Origin: Deltaproteobacteria bacterium
GTDB lineage: Bacteria > Myxococcota_A > Polyangia > Fen-1088
Direction: 5' to 3'
Assembly (NCBI GenBank): GCA_033763315.1
Contig: JANRKS010000007.1
Span: 128,001 to 192,000, forward strand
Length of the DNA stretch: 64,000 nucleotides
Shown: piece by piece, positions 18,992 to 29,710 of the stretch
How the letters are laid out: every line of letters begins with the position of its first letter
Position numbering within the stretch: the first letter of the stretch is position 1
Notes under the pieces: model-generated
What the model saw: only the letters and a program-made list of their open reading frames with translations
The model's database searches: none
Told to the model about the DNA's origin: nothing
Program-made: the position numbers and the translations under genes

Positions 18992-21052
18992 TCAGATGTC
19001 GGCGTGCGCCATCACGAACTTGTTGTTCTGGTCATGGATAACCTTGAAGGTGCCCCGCGCCTCCGTTGGCAGCAGGCTCACCAAACGGCTTTGCCGCGCG
19101 CGTTCGAAGATAAAGAACACGCGACGGCCCCGGTGGCGATCGAGCCACGTTTGTAGATCTTGATCGGCGTTTCCGGTGTCGAACACGGCGCGATCTTCTT
19201 TGGGCCCTTCGTAGATTTCGTTCTTCGTATAAAACGTTTCGCCACGCCAATACATCATGTAGGCCACCAAGCGCTCTTCGGGCGAACGGCGCGTGGCGTA
19301 GTAAGCGCCGATCGGATCTTTTTGCGTCCAATAGGGCGTGACGCCTTTCATATAGACGTCGAGCAGAAAGTACGTGAACAACACCGAGGACAGACACAGC
19401 AATGCCAAGCCCGCTGTCTGCACACGCCGCCAACACAACAGCAGGGCCGCCACGGCGAACGTCGCGCAAAACACGGCAATAGGCGTCGTGAAGTTCAACT
19501 GCGAGGGCCACGGACGGCCCACGGGGCTGTGGACGTAATCGTAATTAAACAGCCACAAAAACAGCTCGGCGTTGTGAGGCGCTTTCGTCAGATCATACGT
19601 CACCAGCGCCAACAGCGGTAAGCCCACAAGCACCGTCAAGCGCATGGTACGCACGTCCTTGCGCCGAAGCACATCGTCCAGGAAGCAGCCAACCACGATG
19701 GCAAGTCCGGGCAGCGCGGGCAGCACATAGTGGTGGAACTTCGTCATCGATAAGGAAACAACGCCATAAGCCGCCACGAACCAGATCGCGCCCAACAGAT
19801 AAACGCCTTGGCGGCGTTGAGCAACAGGTGTTGTCTCGGGAGAGCGGCGCCCCACGAGCGCAGCCAACGCCGCCGGTGCAAGCACCAACCACGGCAATAG
19901 CGCGTATCCCAGTTGCAGCAAGAAATACTCGAACGTGCCGCGATCGCCGTGGCGTCCCAGCACCATGCGACGCCAGTGGTTGTCGCCGAACAATTCGTTC
20001 CAAAACTCCCAGCCGTGCCGAATGATCATGGCGTGGTGCCAAGGCGCCGCCACCAACACCACGGCCAAGATGGAAACCAGGATTGCGGGCAGCAGTTGTG
20101 CACGGCGCAAGCGTTTCCAATTCCACGTGAAGGCCAGATACGCCACGAACACGATGATGGGCAAACCAAGGCCGGCCAGCCCTTTCGCCAAGACCGCCAA
20201 GCCACACAACATCGCGGCCAGATAAAAATAAAGTGGCGCCTTGTAACGCGCGCGTGCGGCCAGGAACAAGAACATCAATGAACCCACGTAGTAGGGGATC
20301 ATCGCGACGGCGCCGTAGACCATCAAGCGCTTGCCACCCCACAACGCCAAACGGAACTTGAGCTGCACCGAATCAACCCACAGTTGAGGCAGGACAAGCA
20401 GCAAGAACACACCAACCGTGATGTAAAACAGGCGGTGCGCTGGATACGTGAGCATGCCCTGGCCACGCCGCGGCAGCATTTCGTCTTGGTCATCGAACAA
20501 TGCCAACGCAGCCAGGCTCAACGCGAGCACCATCGGGCCAACGAATGGCATATCCGTCATCGCTTGCCGCGCGATCAATGAGAACATCGGCGAGGTGGCG
20601 AGCACCAAAGTGGAAAGCACAGCGGCACGACGGTTCACGAACCGCGAGACCACGAGATAAACGCCCACCAGCGCCATCGCGGCTGCGAACGCCATCGGTA
20701 CGCGCATCGCCCATTCGGCGCGCGTGCCAAGCGCCATCTCTGACGGGGCACCGCCTCGCAAACCTATACCGGCCACGTGCATCGCCAAGCTCAAGATCCA
20801 GAACGTCAGCACCGGCTTTGACCAGAACACGTCGGGATCGCGCGGGGAGCCTGGCCACCACAGCGAGATGAAGTCGCTTCGGTAAGTCATCTGGCGCGCC
20901 ACCTCGCCGTAGTGGGTTTCCCACGGATCCCAAAGGCCGTAGCTGCCTGCGAACGGCACGTAGAGCAGCAGGGCAAAGGCAATGACCGCCATCACCATTT
21001 GGCGATCGGAGAAGCGATCGAGCCACCCTTGTTTCGCGAGATCGGTGGTCAT
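18992..21052 (-). CDS. ArnT/PMT-like (GT39/GT83) membrane glycosyltransferase
   Basis: LWDPWETHYGEVARQM, SKPVL, RQAMTDM, LAKG, TKFHHY; many TM helices. Confidence 0.88.
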   Translation of the reverse strand: MTTDLAKQGWLDRFSDRQMVMAVIAFALLLYVPFAGSYGLWDPWETHYGEVARQMTYRSDFISLWWPGSPRDPDVFWSKPVLTFWILSLAMHVAGIGLRGGAPSEMALGTRAEWAMRVPMAFAAAMALVGVYLVVSRFVNRRAAVLSTLVLATSPMFSLIARQAMTDMPFVGPMVLALSLAALALFDDQDEMLPRRGQGMLTYPAHRLFYITVGVFLLLVLPQLWVDSVQLKFRLALWGGKRLMVYGAVAMIPYYVGSLMFLFLAARARYKAPLYFYLAAMLCGLAVLAKGLAGLGLPIIVFVAYLAFTWNWKRLRRAQLLPAILVSILAVVLVAAPWHHAMIIRHGWEFWNELFGDNHWRRMVLGRHGDRGTFEYFLLQLGYALLPWLVLAPAALAALVGRRSPETTPVAQRRQGVYLLGAIWFVAAYGVVSLSMTKFHHYVLPALPGLAIVVGCFLDDVLRRKDVRTMRLTVLVGLPLLALVTYDLTKAPHNAELFLWLFNYDYVHSPVGRPWPSQLNFTTPIAVFCATFAVAALLLCWRRVQTAGLALLCLSSVLFTYFLLDVYMKGVTPYWTQKDPIGAYYATRRSPEERLVAYMMYWRGETFYTKNEIYEGPKEDRAVFDTGNADQDLQTWLDRHRGRRVFFIFERARQSRLVSLLPTEARGTFKVIHDQNNKFVMAHADI

Positions 21053-21577
21053 GGGCGGGTTGGCTTGGGCGAGGTGTAACTCACGGGGAGCAACGTTTAC
21101 CACCACCGCGGCTTCGCTTAAAGCCCCAACGCAGCGCGCTTTTGACGCCCGCTTCGAAAAGAACGACGCCCGGAGCACCGGCGTTCGCCGACGATCCGTT
21201 CACCGCTTTGCGCGTGCCCGCAGACACGGCGCCTTGAGACGGAAGCTCACCCACCGGCGACACCGCAAACCAACACTTCGCCCTTGCACCTTGGGTGCCG
21301 CCGGCCACACTCCTGCCCGCCCCCCACAACCATCCCTGTGTGACGGCAGCTCAAACCACCACCCCAGCACCACCAACTTCATGTGGGCCGCCCCCCGCAT
21401 CACCGACCCGCCGGCGCCCTTCCCCTGCACCCCTGCACCAGGCCCGCGCCCCCCGCCCGACCGACACCACCCGATACACCTAACCCCTGCACCGGCTGCC
21501 GTGCGCCCCGCCCGCCTCGGGCGAAGACATTCGTCAGGCGACGTAACGTTCTTTAGACATTTTTCACAATTTTCGTC

Positions 21578-22807
21578 ATGGCTTCGTTTCCCACGGCTCC
21601 CGTTCTGACACTGCGCAAGGCTTTGGGCCGCGCGTTGGCCCAAGGTCACCCGTGGGTCTACCGGCAAGCCTTGGCCAGCCCCCCCCGTTTGCCGTCAGGA
21701 TCCTTGGTGATGCTCACCGAAGCGCAGAACGCGGCGCCTTTGGCCTGGGGCTTTTGGGACGCCGAATCCACCATCGCCGTGCGTGTGCTTGGTATGGGGC
21801 CGGTGATGGCCGCCCCCCAGCTGGGCCCCGAGATCAAAGCGCGTCTTGAGCATGCGCTGGCGCGACGGTTGGATCGGTTGGCGCCCGAACGAACGAATGC
21901 GTTTCGTTGGGTGCATGGTGAGGCCGATGCGCTGCCGGGCATCCACGTCGACGTGTATGGCCACCACGCCACCATTCGGTACGACGGCGCGGGTGCGCAC
22001 GCGTTTTATGGCGAACAGTTGGCGTTGCCCGAGCTGCTCGTCACGGCCGGGCAAGCCGTGCCGATCTCCGCCGTGGTGGCGCGCCGAAGGCGTGGGCAGC
22101 CTGAACTCACCGGCGCCACGGCCGAGCCTTTCGTGGTTCGCGAAAATGGTTTGCAATTCATGGTGGATCTTGTGCACGGGCAAAAAGGCGGCCTGTTTTT
22201 AGATCAGCGCGAAAACCGCGCGCGTTTGGCCGATCTGTGTGCAGGCAAGCGCGTCTTAAACTTGTTCGGATACACAGGTGCGTTCTCCGTTTACGCCGCC
22301 GCGGCGGGCGCGGCGTGGACCGACACGGTGGATGTCGCCGCACCTGCGATGGCGGCGGCACGCAAGAACTTTGAGCTCAACGGGCTGGCCTTAGATTGTG
22401 CAGGCTTTCACGCTGAAGACGCGTTCGCCTTCTTGGAACGAGCGATCAATGCCAAGGAAACGTGGGACGTGGTGATCACCGATCCGCCGAGTTTTGCCCC
22501 CAACGAAAAGTCACTGGACACGGCGCTCGCGGCTTACCGACGGCTTCACGCGCTGGCATGCAAAGTGGTGGCGCCCGGTGGCTTGTTGGCCGCAGCGTCG
22601 TGTTCAAGCCACGTAAATCGCAAGCTGTTCTTAGACACCGTCACGAACGGCGCCGGGGCCGCCGCCAAGCGCTTCGAGCTCGAGTTCTTTGCAGGCGCAG
22701 GCTTCGACCATCCGGTGATCGCCGGTTTCCCTGAAGGCGACTATCTCAAATTTGCGTTAGGCCGCGTGGTTGACGCGAGCCGCTCCACACAGATGCCAAG
22801 GCTCTAA
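21578..22807 (+). CDS. rlmI: RlmI/RlmK-family SAM-dependent rRNA methyltransferase
   Basis: GHPWVY PUA domain, HGEADALPG, GQKGGLFLDQRENR, VLNLFGYTG, DPPSF, SCS, YLK. Confidence 0.82.
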   Translation: MASFPTAPVLTLRKALGRALAQGHPWVYRQALASPPRLPSGSLVMLTEAQNAAPLAWGFWDAESTIAVRVLGMGPVMAAPQLGPEIKARLEHALARRLDRLAPERTNAFRWVHGEADALPGIHVDVYGHHATIRYDGAGAHAFYGEQLALPELLVTAGQAVPISAVVARRRRGQPELTGATAEPFVVRENGLQFMVDLVHGQKGGLFLDQRENRARLADLCAGKRVLNLFGYTGAFSVYAAAAGAAWTDTVDVAAPAMAAARKNFELNGLALDCAGFHAEDAFAFLERAINAKETWDVVITDPPSFAPNEKSLDTALAAYRRLHALACKVVAPGGLLAAASCSSHVNRKLFLDTVTNGAGAAAKRFELEFFAGAGFDHPVIAGFPEGDYLKFALGRVVDASRSTQMPRL

Positions 22808-22811
22808 AACA

Positions 22812-23801
22812 ATGGCCACCCCACAGAAAATAAACACCATCCCCGCTGTGGCGGGCGAAACGTTGGCGGCTGCCTTGCGTGCGGTGTTGACCGATCACAG
22901 CTGGTCGCAAGTCAAGCAGATGTGCACCAGCGGCAAAGTGAAAGTGGATGACGGCCTCTGCTTGGATCCTGCCTACCGCTTGCAAGGCACTGAGGCGATC
23001 TCGCTGCAAATGAACGCGCCTCGGCGCGATCGCAACAAGCCCGCTGCCGAAATCCTGTTCGAAGATCAACACTTGGTGGTGATCAATAAGCCTGAAGACG
23101 TTTCGACGGTGCCTTGGGATAAAAAGGAAAGCGGCACGGCGCTCGATCTCATTCGCGAAGCGTGGCGGTTGCAAAAGCGCGCTGCCACGCAAACGCCGCT
23201 GCTGGTCGTTCATCGGTTGGACAAAGACACATCCGGTGTTTTGGTGTTTGCCAAATCGAAGTTGAGTGAGCGCGGGTTGCACCAGGTGTTCAAAAGCCAC
23301 GAGGCGGAACGCGAATATGTGGCGGTGGCCCACGGCACAGTCAGGCGACGCACGTTTTCATCGTCGTTGGTGGAGGATCGCGGCGATGGGCTGCGTGGCA
23401 GCACGCGCTTCGAGGACCAAGGGCGGCACGCCATCACGCACGTATTGGCAAGCCACGTCAATGCCTTGCGACCGGGGCTCACCACAGGACGCGCCGATGG
23501 CGGCACCATCAGCCGTTGCCGCGTGAAGCTTGAAACGGGGCGCACCCACCAAATTCGCATCCACTTCGCTGAAGCCGGTCACCCGTTGGTGGGTGAAACC
23601 GTTTACGTGCGCGACTTTCGTCGCGATGGCTACGAGATCTTGCCCGCCGATCGGCTGCTGTTGCACGCCGAAACGTTGGCGTTCGCGCACCCGATCACGA
23701 ACCGCCCCTTGGCCTTTTCCGCGCGGCCACCTGCGTCTTACGAAGCCTTGTGGCGGAACTTGACGGGCAAAGATTTCGCGCCCGATTCACCGTCGCTTTA
23801 A
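22812..23801 (+). CDS. RluA/RluD-family pseudouridine synthase with S4-like N-terminus
   Basis: INKP, VHRLDKDTSG, LETGRTHQIR, GHPLVG, LLHA...HP. Confidence 0.92.
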   Translation: MATPQKINTIPAVAGETLAAALRAVLTDHSWSQVKQMCTSGKVKVDDGLCLDPAYRLQGTEAISLQMNAPRRDRNKPAAEILFEDQHLVVINKPEDVSTVPWDKKESGTALDLIREAWRLQKRAATQTPLLVVHRLDKDTSGVLVFAKSKLSERGLHQVFKSHEAEREYVAVAHGTVRRRTFSSSLVEDRGDGLRGSTRFEDQGRHAITHVLASHVNALRPGLTTGRADGGTISRCRVKLETGRTHQIRIHFAEAGHPLVGETVYVRDFRRDGYEILPADRLLLHAETLAFAHPITNRPLAFSARPPASYEALWRNLTGKDFAPDSPSL

Positions 23802-23824
23802 CGCTTGTGATAGCTTGCGGGCCC

Positions 23825-25174
23825 ATGCCCGGCACATCTGTTCTTGATCGAGCACGTCTGAAAGCCTACAAGCGGTTGGTTCCGCTGGTGTTTATCTCGT
23901 ACGTCGTTGCGTATGTTGATCGCTCCAACGTGTCCATCGCCAAGTTGACGATGGAGCAGGATCTCCCGGGCTTTGACAACCACGTGTTTGGGTTCGGAGC
24001 GGGGGTGTTCTTCCTGGGCTACTTCTTGCTGGAAATTCCGGGCAGCTTACTCGTCGAGAAGTGGAGCGCGCGCAAGTGGATCAGCCGCATTATGGTGACG
24101 TGGGGCTTGTTGGCGGCGTGCACGGCGCTGGTCAAAACGCCAAACCAGTTTTACATCGTGCGGTTCTTATTGGGCTTGGCGGAAGCGGGGTTCTTTCCGG
24201 GCGTGATCGTGTATCTGACCCACTGGTTCACAAGCCGCGATCGTGCGCGCGCGCTGGCTTATTTCTTTGCGGCGGCTTCGATCGCCCAGATCACAAGCCC
24301 TAAGCTCTCCAACCTGCTGATGAAGATCGGCACGTCCGAAACCATCAACGGTGTTTTGGTGACGCACCCCATGATCTGGGGCCTCAAAGGCTGGCAGTGG
24401 GTCTACATCGCTTGGGGCATTCCCTCGGTGGTGTTGGGTGTGGTCTTGCTGTTCATGTTGACCGATCGGCCGCGGGAGGCGAAGTGGCTGACAAAGGAAG
24501 AGCAAGAAGCCTTAGAGCTTGCGCTTGAGGAAGAGCGCGCCGCGCGCCCCGCGCACATGCACCACATGAGCGTGTGGAAGGCGCTCACCAACCCGCGGGT
24601 GCTGATGTTGGCCGCCGTTTACTTTTGTTCAACCACAGCAAACTATGGTGTTGAATTTTTCATGCCCACGATCTTGCAAGCGTGGTACGGCATGAACCGC
24701 GGCACCGTCACGTCGTTGATCATCATTCCGCAAACGGTGTTGCTGTTCGTGCAACTGTTTGTGGGCTGGAACTCTGACCGCACGCGCGAGCGATGGTGGC
24801 ACACGGCAACACCGATTCTCGTGGGTGGCGCCGCCATGGCGTTGGCGCCGTGGTCCGGAGGCCAACTGTGGTTTACGATGCTGTTGCTCACGCTTGGCAT
24901 GTCGGGCTTTCGTGGCCACATGCCGGCGTTCTGGTCGCTGCCTTCGCTGTTTTTGACGGAAGCCGCCGCCGCCGGCAGCATTGGTCTCATTAACTCGGTG
25001 GGCAACCTGGGTGGCTTCTTAGGGCCGTACGTGATGGGAACCGTGCAAACGAAAACCGGCTCGTTCGCTGGCGGTATTTACTTTCTTTGCTTCTGCGCGG
25101 GCACGGCGGGCGTGATCATGTTGATCATGCGACACCTGCACCGGCGCGATCTGGCACGCGCCCGTGCAAGTTGA
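23825..25174 (+). CDS. MFS transporter, anion:cation symporter family (TtuB-like)
   Basis: YVDRSN, FFLGYFLLEIP, RFLLGLAEAGFFPG, INSVGNLGGFLGP. Confidence 0.92.
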   Translation: MPGTSVLDRARLKAYKRLVPLVFISYVVAYVDRSNVSIAKLTMEQDLPGFDNHVFGFGAGVFFLGYFLLEIPGSLLVEKWSARKWISRIMVTWGLLAACTALVKTPNQFYIVRFLLGLAEAGFFPGVIVYLTHWFTSRDRARALAYFFAAASIAQITSPKLSNLLMKIGTSETINGVLVTHPMIWGLKGWQWVYIAWGIPSVVLGVVLLFMLTDRPREAKWLTKEEQEALELALEEERAARPAHMHHMSVWKALTNPRVLMLAAVYFCSTTANYGVEFFMPTILQAWYGMNRGTVTSLIIIPQTVLLFVQLFVGWNSDRTRERWWHTATPILVGGAAMALAPWSGGQLWFTMLLLTLGMSGFRGHMPAFWSLPSLFLTEAAAAGSIGLINSVGNLGGFLGPYVMGTVQTKTGSFAGGIYFLCFCAGTAGVIMLIMRHLHRRDLARARAS

Positions 25175-25187
25175 TTGCGAGGGCTCG

Positions 25188-27659
25188 CTAGATCATCGGT
25201 GGATCCATCTCGCGCTCATGATGGCGATGTCTTGCAATCGCCTCCACGAACGTTGGCAAGGCCTTGTCTGCGGCCACGTCTCGCCCCAGCAGCAGGCCTG
25301 GGTCAGGGTTGCCGGAAGGCAAAGTGGCGGGAACACCCGCGGCTTGCACCAAATCACAACCAGCACCCAACGCCAGGATGGGTTTGGCGTGGCGGTACTG
25401 GTCCTTGATGAATTCAAGCGCGTGCCCTACGCGGCCCAGCAACGTGCTGGCCGCTTTGCCATCGGGCACCACAAGCGCGTCGAACAACACGCTGGGCATG
25501 GTTTCGAATGTCACCTCCACCTGCAGCGAACCGCCTTCTTCCGTTGTGACCGAGCCAAGGCGCGGCCCCACGTAACGCGGCACTGCGCCTTGTTCAGTCA
25601 GCGCGGCGTGGATGGATGTCACGGTGTCACCGCGGATGCCATCGGCGACCATGATGGCCACCCGTCTCGTCGCGATGCCGGTCTGGCCAGGCGAGGTGTA
25701 AAGCGACAAGGCAGGTGAAGCTTGCACTTCAGACTTCACCGGGCGCTTTAACACCTTCGGCATGGGGGCAGGCAACGCCATACCGAGGCCGGCGGCCACA
25801 CTCTTGCCAAGGTTTGCATCTACGTTGAGCAGCATCGACACAACGCGCTCGCGCACGGCAGGCGTTTGCACCTTGGTGAGCTCGAAGCGGAACGCACGAA
25901 TGATGTGAGCTTTCTCGACGGCAGATTGGCTGTTGTAGAACAACGTGGCTTGGCTGTAGTGGTCAGCGAAGCGCTCTGGTTTGCCGCGCACCTTATCGTC
26001 ATCAATGGGCTCGCGGAACGAGGTGAAGCCCATCTTGCCTGCTTGGAAAGGGCAACCACCGCCGAGCGAGTTTGGCTCGTACGCCACGCGCCCGCGGTTG
26101 ATCGCCTGCCGGTGCATGCCATCGCGGTTGTTGTTGTGCACCTGCCGCACGGACGCGTTGATGGGGATCTCATGAAAGTTGGGCCCGCCCAAACGCGAGA
26201 TCTGCGTGTCTTGGTACGAATGAATGCGGCCGGCAAGCAAAGGATCGTTCGAGAAATCGATGCCGGGCACCACGTGGGCGGCACAGAACGCCACTTGTTC
26301 GGTTTCGGCGAAAAAATTGTCGGGGTTGCGGTTGAGCACCATCTTGCCCACCGGCGTAAGCGGCACAAGTTCCTCCGGCACCAGCTTGGTGGCGTCGAGC
26401 ACGTCGAAACTGAACGACTCCGCTTGCGCCTCTGAGAACATCTGAAAGCTCAGCTCGAACTCCGGGTAGGCGCCGGCTTCGATGGCTTCCCACAAGTCAC
26501 GGCGGTGAAAGTCGGGATCGGCGCCGCAGATCTTCACGGCTTCATCCCAATCGAGCGAATGGGTGCCCGCCAGAGGCCGCCAGTGAAATTTCACGAAGGT
26601 GGCTTTGCCGTTGGCGTCGATGAGACGGAAGGTATGAACGCCGAACCCATCCATCATGCGATAGCTGCGGGGTATCGCGCGGTCCGACATGGCCCACAAC
26701 AACATGTGCGTGGACTCCGGCATCAACGAGACAAAATCCCAGAACGTATCGTGCGCTGTGGCGGCCTGGGGCATGGCGAAGTGCGGCTCTGGCTTCGCGG
26801 CGTGGACCAAGTCCGGGAACTTCATGGCGTCTTGAATGAAGAACACGGGAATGTTGTTGCCCACCAAATCCCAGTTGCCCTCGTCCGTATAGAATTTCAC
26901 GGCAAAACCACGCACGTCACGGACGGTGTCAGCCGAACCACGTTCGCCAACGACGGTGGAAAATCGCGCGAACACCGGCGTTCGCTTGCCGGCTTCCGCA
27001 AAGATGGAAGCGCGAGTAACCGAGGCCATCGACTTGTAACATTCGAAATAACCATGGGCCGCTGAGCCCCGCGCGTGCACAACACGTTCAGGAATGCGCT
27101 CGTGATCAAACTGCGTGATCTTCTCGCGCAAGATAAAATCTTCAAGTAAGGCAGGACCGCGCAAGCCCGCCTTGAGAGAGTTTTGGTTGTCAGCGACGGG
27201 AACGCCTTGATTGGTCGTTAATATTTGATCGGTGGAATCCGTGCGCACACGATCAAGCGGCAGATTGCCGGGATTGAAACTGAGGGTCACGTCGCCCGAA
27301 CCCACCTTGGTAGAGGACGTCTCTTCGGTGAGCGTGCTGCCCAACACGCGTGGGTGAGGCGCCTTGGCTGTGGCACCCGTTTGGGGATCGTTCGAGGCTT
27401 TGCCGTGCTCGCCCGCCTTGTTTGGATTGAACGGCATGGCAGCGGCGAGTTCATTCACGCCTTGCATTTTCTCCAGGTACGCATCGCCCGCGGCTTGGCC
27501 AGCATCGCTGCGTGCGGGTCCACTAACCGTTGCCCGCGCGCTGGTCGCTGCCGCCGCCGCTTTGCCACTCGTGTTTTGCGGTGGCCGCTTGGTTGACGTC
27601 TTCGTCGCTGCCGCTGCCTTTGTTGCCACCTTCTTGCTCGCCATTTTCTTCGTCGCCAT
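25188..27659 (-). CDS. katE: Catalase HPII (large-subunit heme catalase)
   Basis: [34 protein letters not shown] heme ligand, C-terminal DJ-1-like domain. Confidence 0.96.
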   Translation of the reverse strand: MATKKMASKKVATKAAAATKTSTKRPPQNTSGKAAAAATSARATVSGPARSDAGQAAGDAYLEKMQGVNELAAAMPFNPNKAGEHGKASNDPQTGATAKAPHPRVLGSTLTEETSSTKVGSGDVTLSFNPGNLPLDRVRTDSTDQILTTNQGVPVADNQNSLKAGLRGPALLEDFILREKITQFDHERIPERVVHARGSAAHGYFECYKSMASVTRASIFAEAGKRTPVFARFSTVVGERGSADTVRDVRGFAVKFYTDEGNWDLVGNNIPVFFIQDAMKFPDLVHAAKPEPHFAMPQAATAHDTFWDFVSLMPESTHMLLWAMSDRAIPRSYRMMDGFGVHTFRLIDANGKATFVKFHWRPLAGTHSLDWDEAVKICGADPDFHRRDLWEAIEAGAYPEFELSFQMFSEAQAESFSFDVLDATKLVPEELVPLTPVGKMVLNRNPDNFFAETEQVAFCAAHVVPGIDFSNDPLLAGRIHSYQDTQISRLGGPNFHEIPINASVRQVHNNNRDGMHRQAINRGRVAYEPNSLGGGCPFQAGKMGFTSFREPIDDDKVRGKPERFADHYSQATLFYNSQSAVEKAHIIRAFRFELTKVQTPAVRERVVSMLLNVDANLGKSVAAGLGMALPAPMPKVLKRPVKSEVQASPALSLYTSPGQTGIATRRVAIMVADGIRGDTVTSIHAALTEQGAVPRYVGPRLGSVTTEEGGSLQVEVTFETMPSVLFDALVVPDGKAASTLLGRVGHALEFIKDQYRHAKPILALGAGCDLVQAAGVPATLPSGNPDPGLLLGRDVAADKALPTFVEAIARHRHHEREMDPPMI

Positions 27660-27838
27660 CTTTGCTCCCGTGAACCGTCACCAACTGCCAACAGACGTTG
27701 GCGTGCGGTACCACAGCAAACGACGGGCCAGCGAAAGGCTAACTCTGAATTGTGCGCATGGCGGGCACGCGTTACGCGGATTGCCGCGACACCGATGTCA
27801 CGTTACGCGTGGGCCCCAGGGCTCCCCGCTAAGAACGA

Positions 27839-29677
27839 TCAAAGTCTCAGCGGCGCGAGCGGTCCGTCGCTTGCGCATAAGGCGTCCACACGCGCCAAGA
27901 CGCGCGGATCTTCAATGAGTGGCGGCGCGTGGTGTGGTTTGACACGTGCATCGATGACGACGCTGCCTGTGCAGCCCCAGTGTTTATCGGCAACGAACGC
28001 CCCAATGCCGCTGACGTCCACGGCGGGGTTTGAGCGCGTGAAGGTGGCCCATAGGAAGTTGTGCATCGTCTTGCTGACAAACGCGCTGTCATCCACCAGC
28101 AACACGAGTGCAAAGCGGTTGATCGGCGCCTGATCGGTGAAGGCGTTGCAAAACAGCTCGCGGACGCGGGCCGCGTCTTCAGGGAACGTGCATGCAGGAG
28201 CCGAGATGGCCAGCACACCCGGCATGCATACGCGCGGATCGTGAAAGCCTGCGGGCAACGCAAGATCCGCGGGCACTTCGGTTGCCAGACCGCGGATGGG
28301 CGACCCGGCGGCGGCGATGATCAGCTTCGAGCCTTGGTTGAGGCCCGTGCCCGAATAATCGAGCGTGTCGATCGTGGTGCGCGTTTGAAAGTGCAGATCG
28401 CGCCGCGGATCGAAGCGGCACAAAACATGCGAAAAGAACGCGGCCAATTCATGCAAAGCCGGCGGCTTGTCGTTGTCGTCCACGATTAAGAGATATTTGG
28501 CCAGCGACAATTGTCCCTGGCCCAAGATCGCGTTGGCCTGCGTGAGCAGCTCCTGCGGCTCGGTCCGTTTGGCGTAAGGCGCGTAGCGTTCGCTGCCCAC
28601 GGCCAACAGCAACGGATGCACACCCGCGGCGTCAACCGCATGCACGCCTTTGACCCCTGGCAACACCGTGGGGATAAGTGGACCCGTGAGCTCATGAATG
28701 AGTTCACCAAACACGGTGTCTTCCTGCGGTGGCCGGCCCACCACAGTGAACGGCCAGATCGCGTTGGTGCGGTGGTAGACTCGATGCACGCGCAGCACGG
28801 GAAAATCGTGGGTCATGCTGTAGTAACCCAAGTGATCGCCGAACGGCCCCTCGGGCTTGCGAACATTTGGCTCGATCTCGCCCACGATGCAGAAATCAGC
28901 CTCGGCGTGCGCGAAGATCGAGCCTTTCTGCGGCGCCATCCTCACGCGACGGCGGTTCAAAGCGCCTGCGAATGAAAGTTCCGACATGCCCTCAGGCAGC
29001 GGCATCACCGCGGCCACCGTCATGGCTGGTGGGCCCCCGACAAAAATGCACGCCTTGAGGTTCTGCCCCGCCGCCATCGCTGCGCTGTGATGCACACCGA
29101 TGCCGCGATGGATCTGGTAGTGCAGGCCCACCTCTTTGTTGCTCTCGTAGTTATTGCCACCAAGCTGCACCCGGTACATACCCAGGTTGCTGTGAGCGAG
29201 GCCCGGACGCGTTGGATCTTCGGTGAACACTTGTGGCAGCGTGATGAAAGGTCCGCCGTCTTGTGGCCAGCTCACCAATTGCGGCAGCTCGGTCACGCTC
29301 ACCTGGTTGGCAAACACGGGGCCGCCATCCACCTTCTTGGGCAACAGCGACAGCGCCGAGAAGGGCACGCCCGCATAGCGGAAAGGCCGGCGCCAAAACG
29401 CGCCTGGATCCACTTTAAGTTCAACCAAGCGCCGCACGGGTGGAAGTGCGTCGCGAAAAATGTAGCGCGCGCGTTCGATTGTGCCGAACAGGTTGCTCAC
29501 CATGGGAAAGCGGCAGCCTTTGACACGCGGGAAGTAAAGCGCCGGACCGCTGGCCCGATAGACGCGGCGCTGGATCTCCGCCATCTCCAAATGAGGATCA
29601 ATCTCGTGCTCCACGCGGAACAGCTGCCCCGTGCGGGACAGATCTTCTACGCAGGCCGAAAGTGAAGCGTAACCCAT
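27839..29677 (-). CDS. UbiD family decarboxylase
   Basis: NLFGT, GGPFITLP, NLGMYR, EGPFGDHLGYY, VVGRPPQED. Confidence 0.92.
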   Translation of the reverse strand: MGYASLSACVEDLSRTGQLFRVEHEIDPHLEMAEIQRRVYRASGPALYFPRVKGCRFPMVSNLFGTIERARYIFRDALPPVRRLVELKVDPGAFWRRPFRYAGVPFSALSLLPKKVDGGPVFANQVSVTELPQLVSWPQDGGPFITLPQVFTEDPTRPGLAHSNLGMYRVQLGGNNYESNKEVGLHYQIHRGIGVHHSAAMAAGQNLKACIFVGGPPAMTVAAVMPLPEGMSELSFAGALNRRRVRMAPQKGSIFAHAEADFCIVGEIEPNVRKPEGPFGDHLGYYSMTHDFPVLRVHRVYHRTNAIWPFTVVGRPPQEDTVFGELIHELTGPLIPTVLPGVKGVHAVDAAGVHPLLLAVGSERYAPYAKRTEPQELLTQANAILGQGQLSLAKYLLIVDDNDKPPALHELAAFFSHVLCRFDPRRDLHFQTRTTIDTLDYSGTGLNQGSKLIIAAAGSPIRGLATEVPADLALPAGFHDPRVCMPGVLAISAPACTFPEDAARVRELFCNAFTDQAPINRFALVLLVDDSAFVSKTMHNFLWATFTRSNPAVDVSGIGAFVADKHWGCTGSVVIDARVKPHHAPPLIEDPRVLARVDALCASDGPLAPLRL

Positions 29678-29710
29678 AGCTGTGAGCGCGAAGTTTGATG
29701 CGCGTGCGGC

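Noticed and set aside
18348-19163. 271-aa Pro-rich plus-strand ORF
   Set aside because: Antisense shadow of the Gly-rich linker of the esterase lipoprotein.
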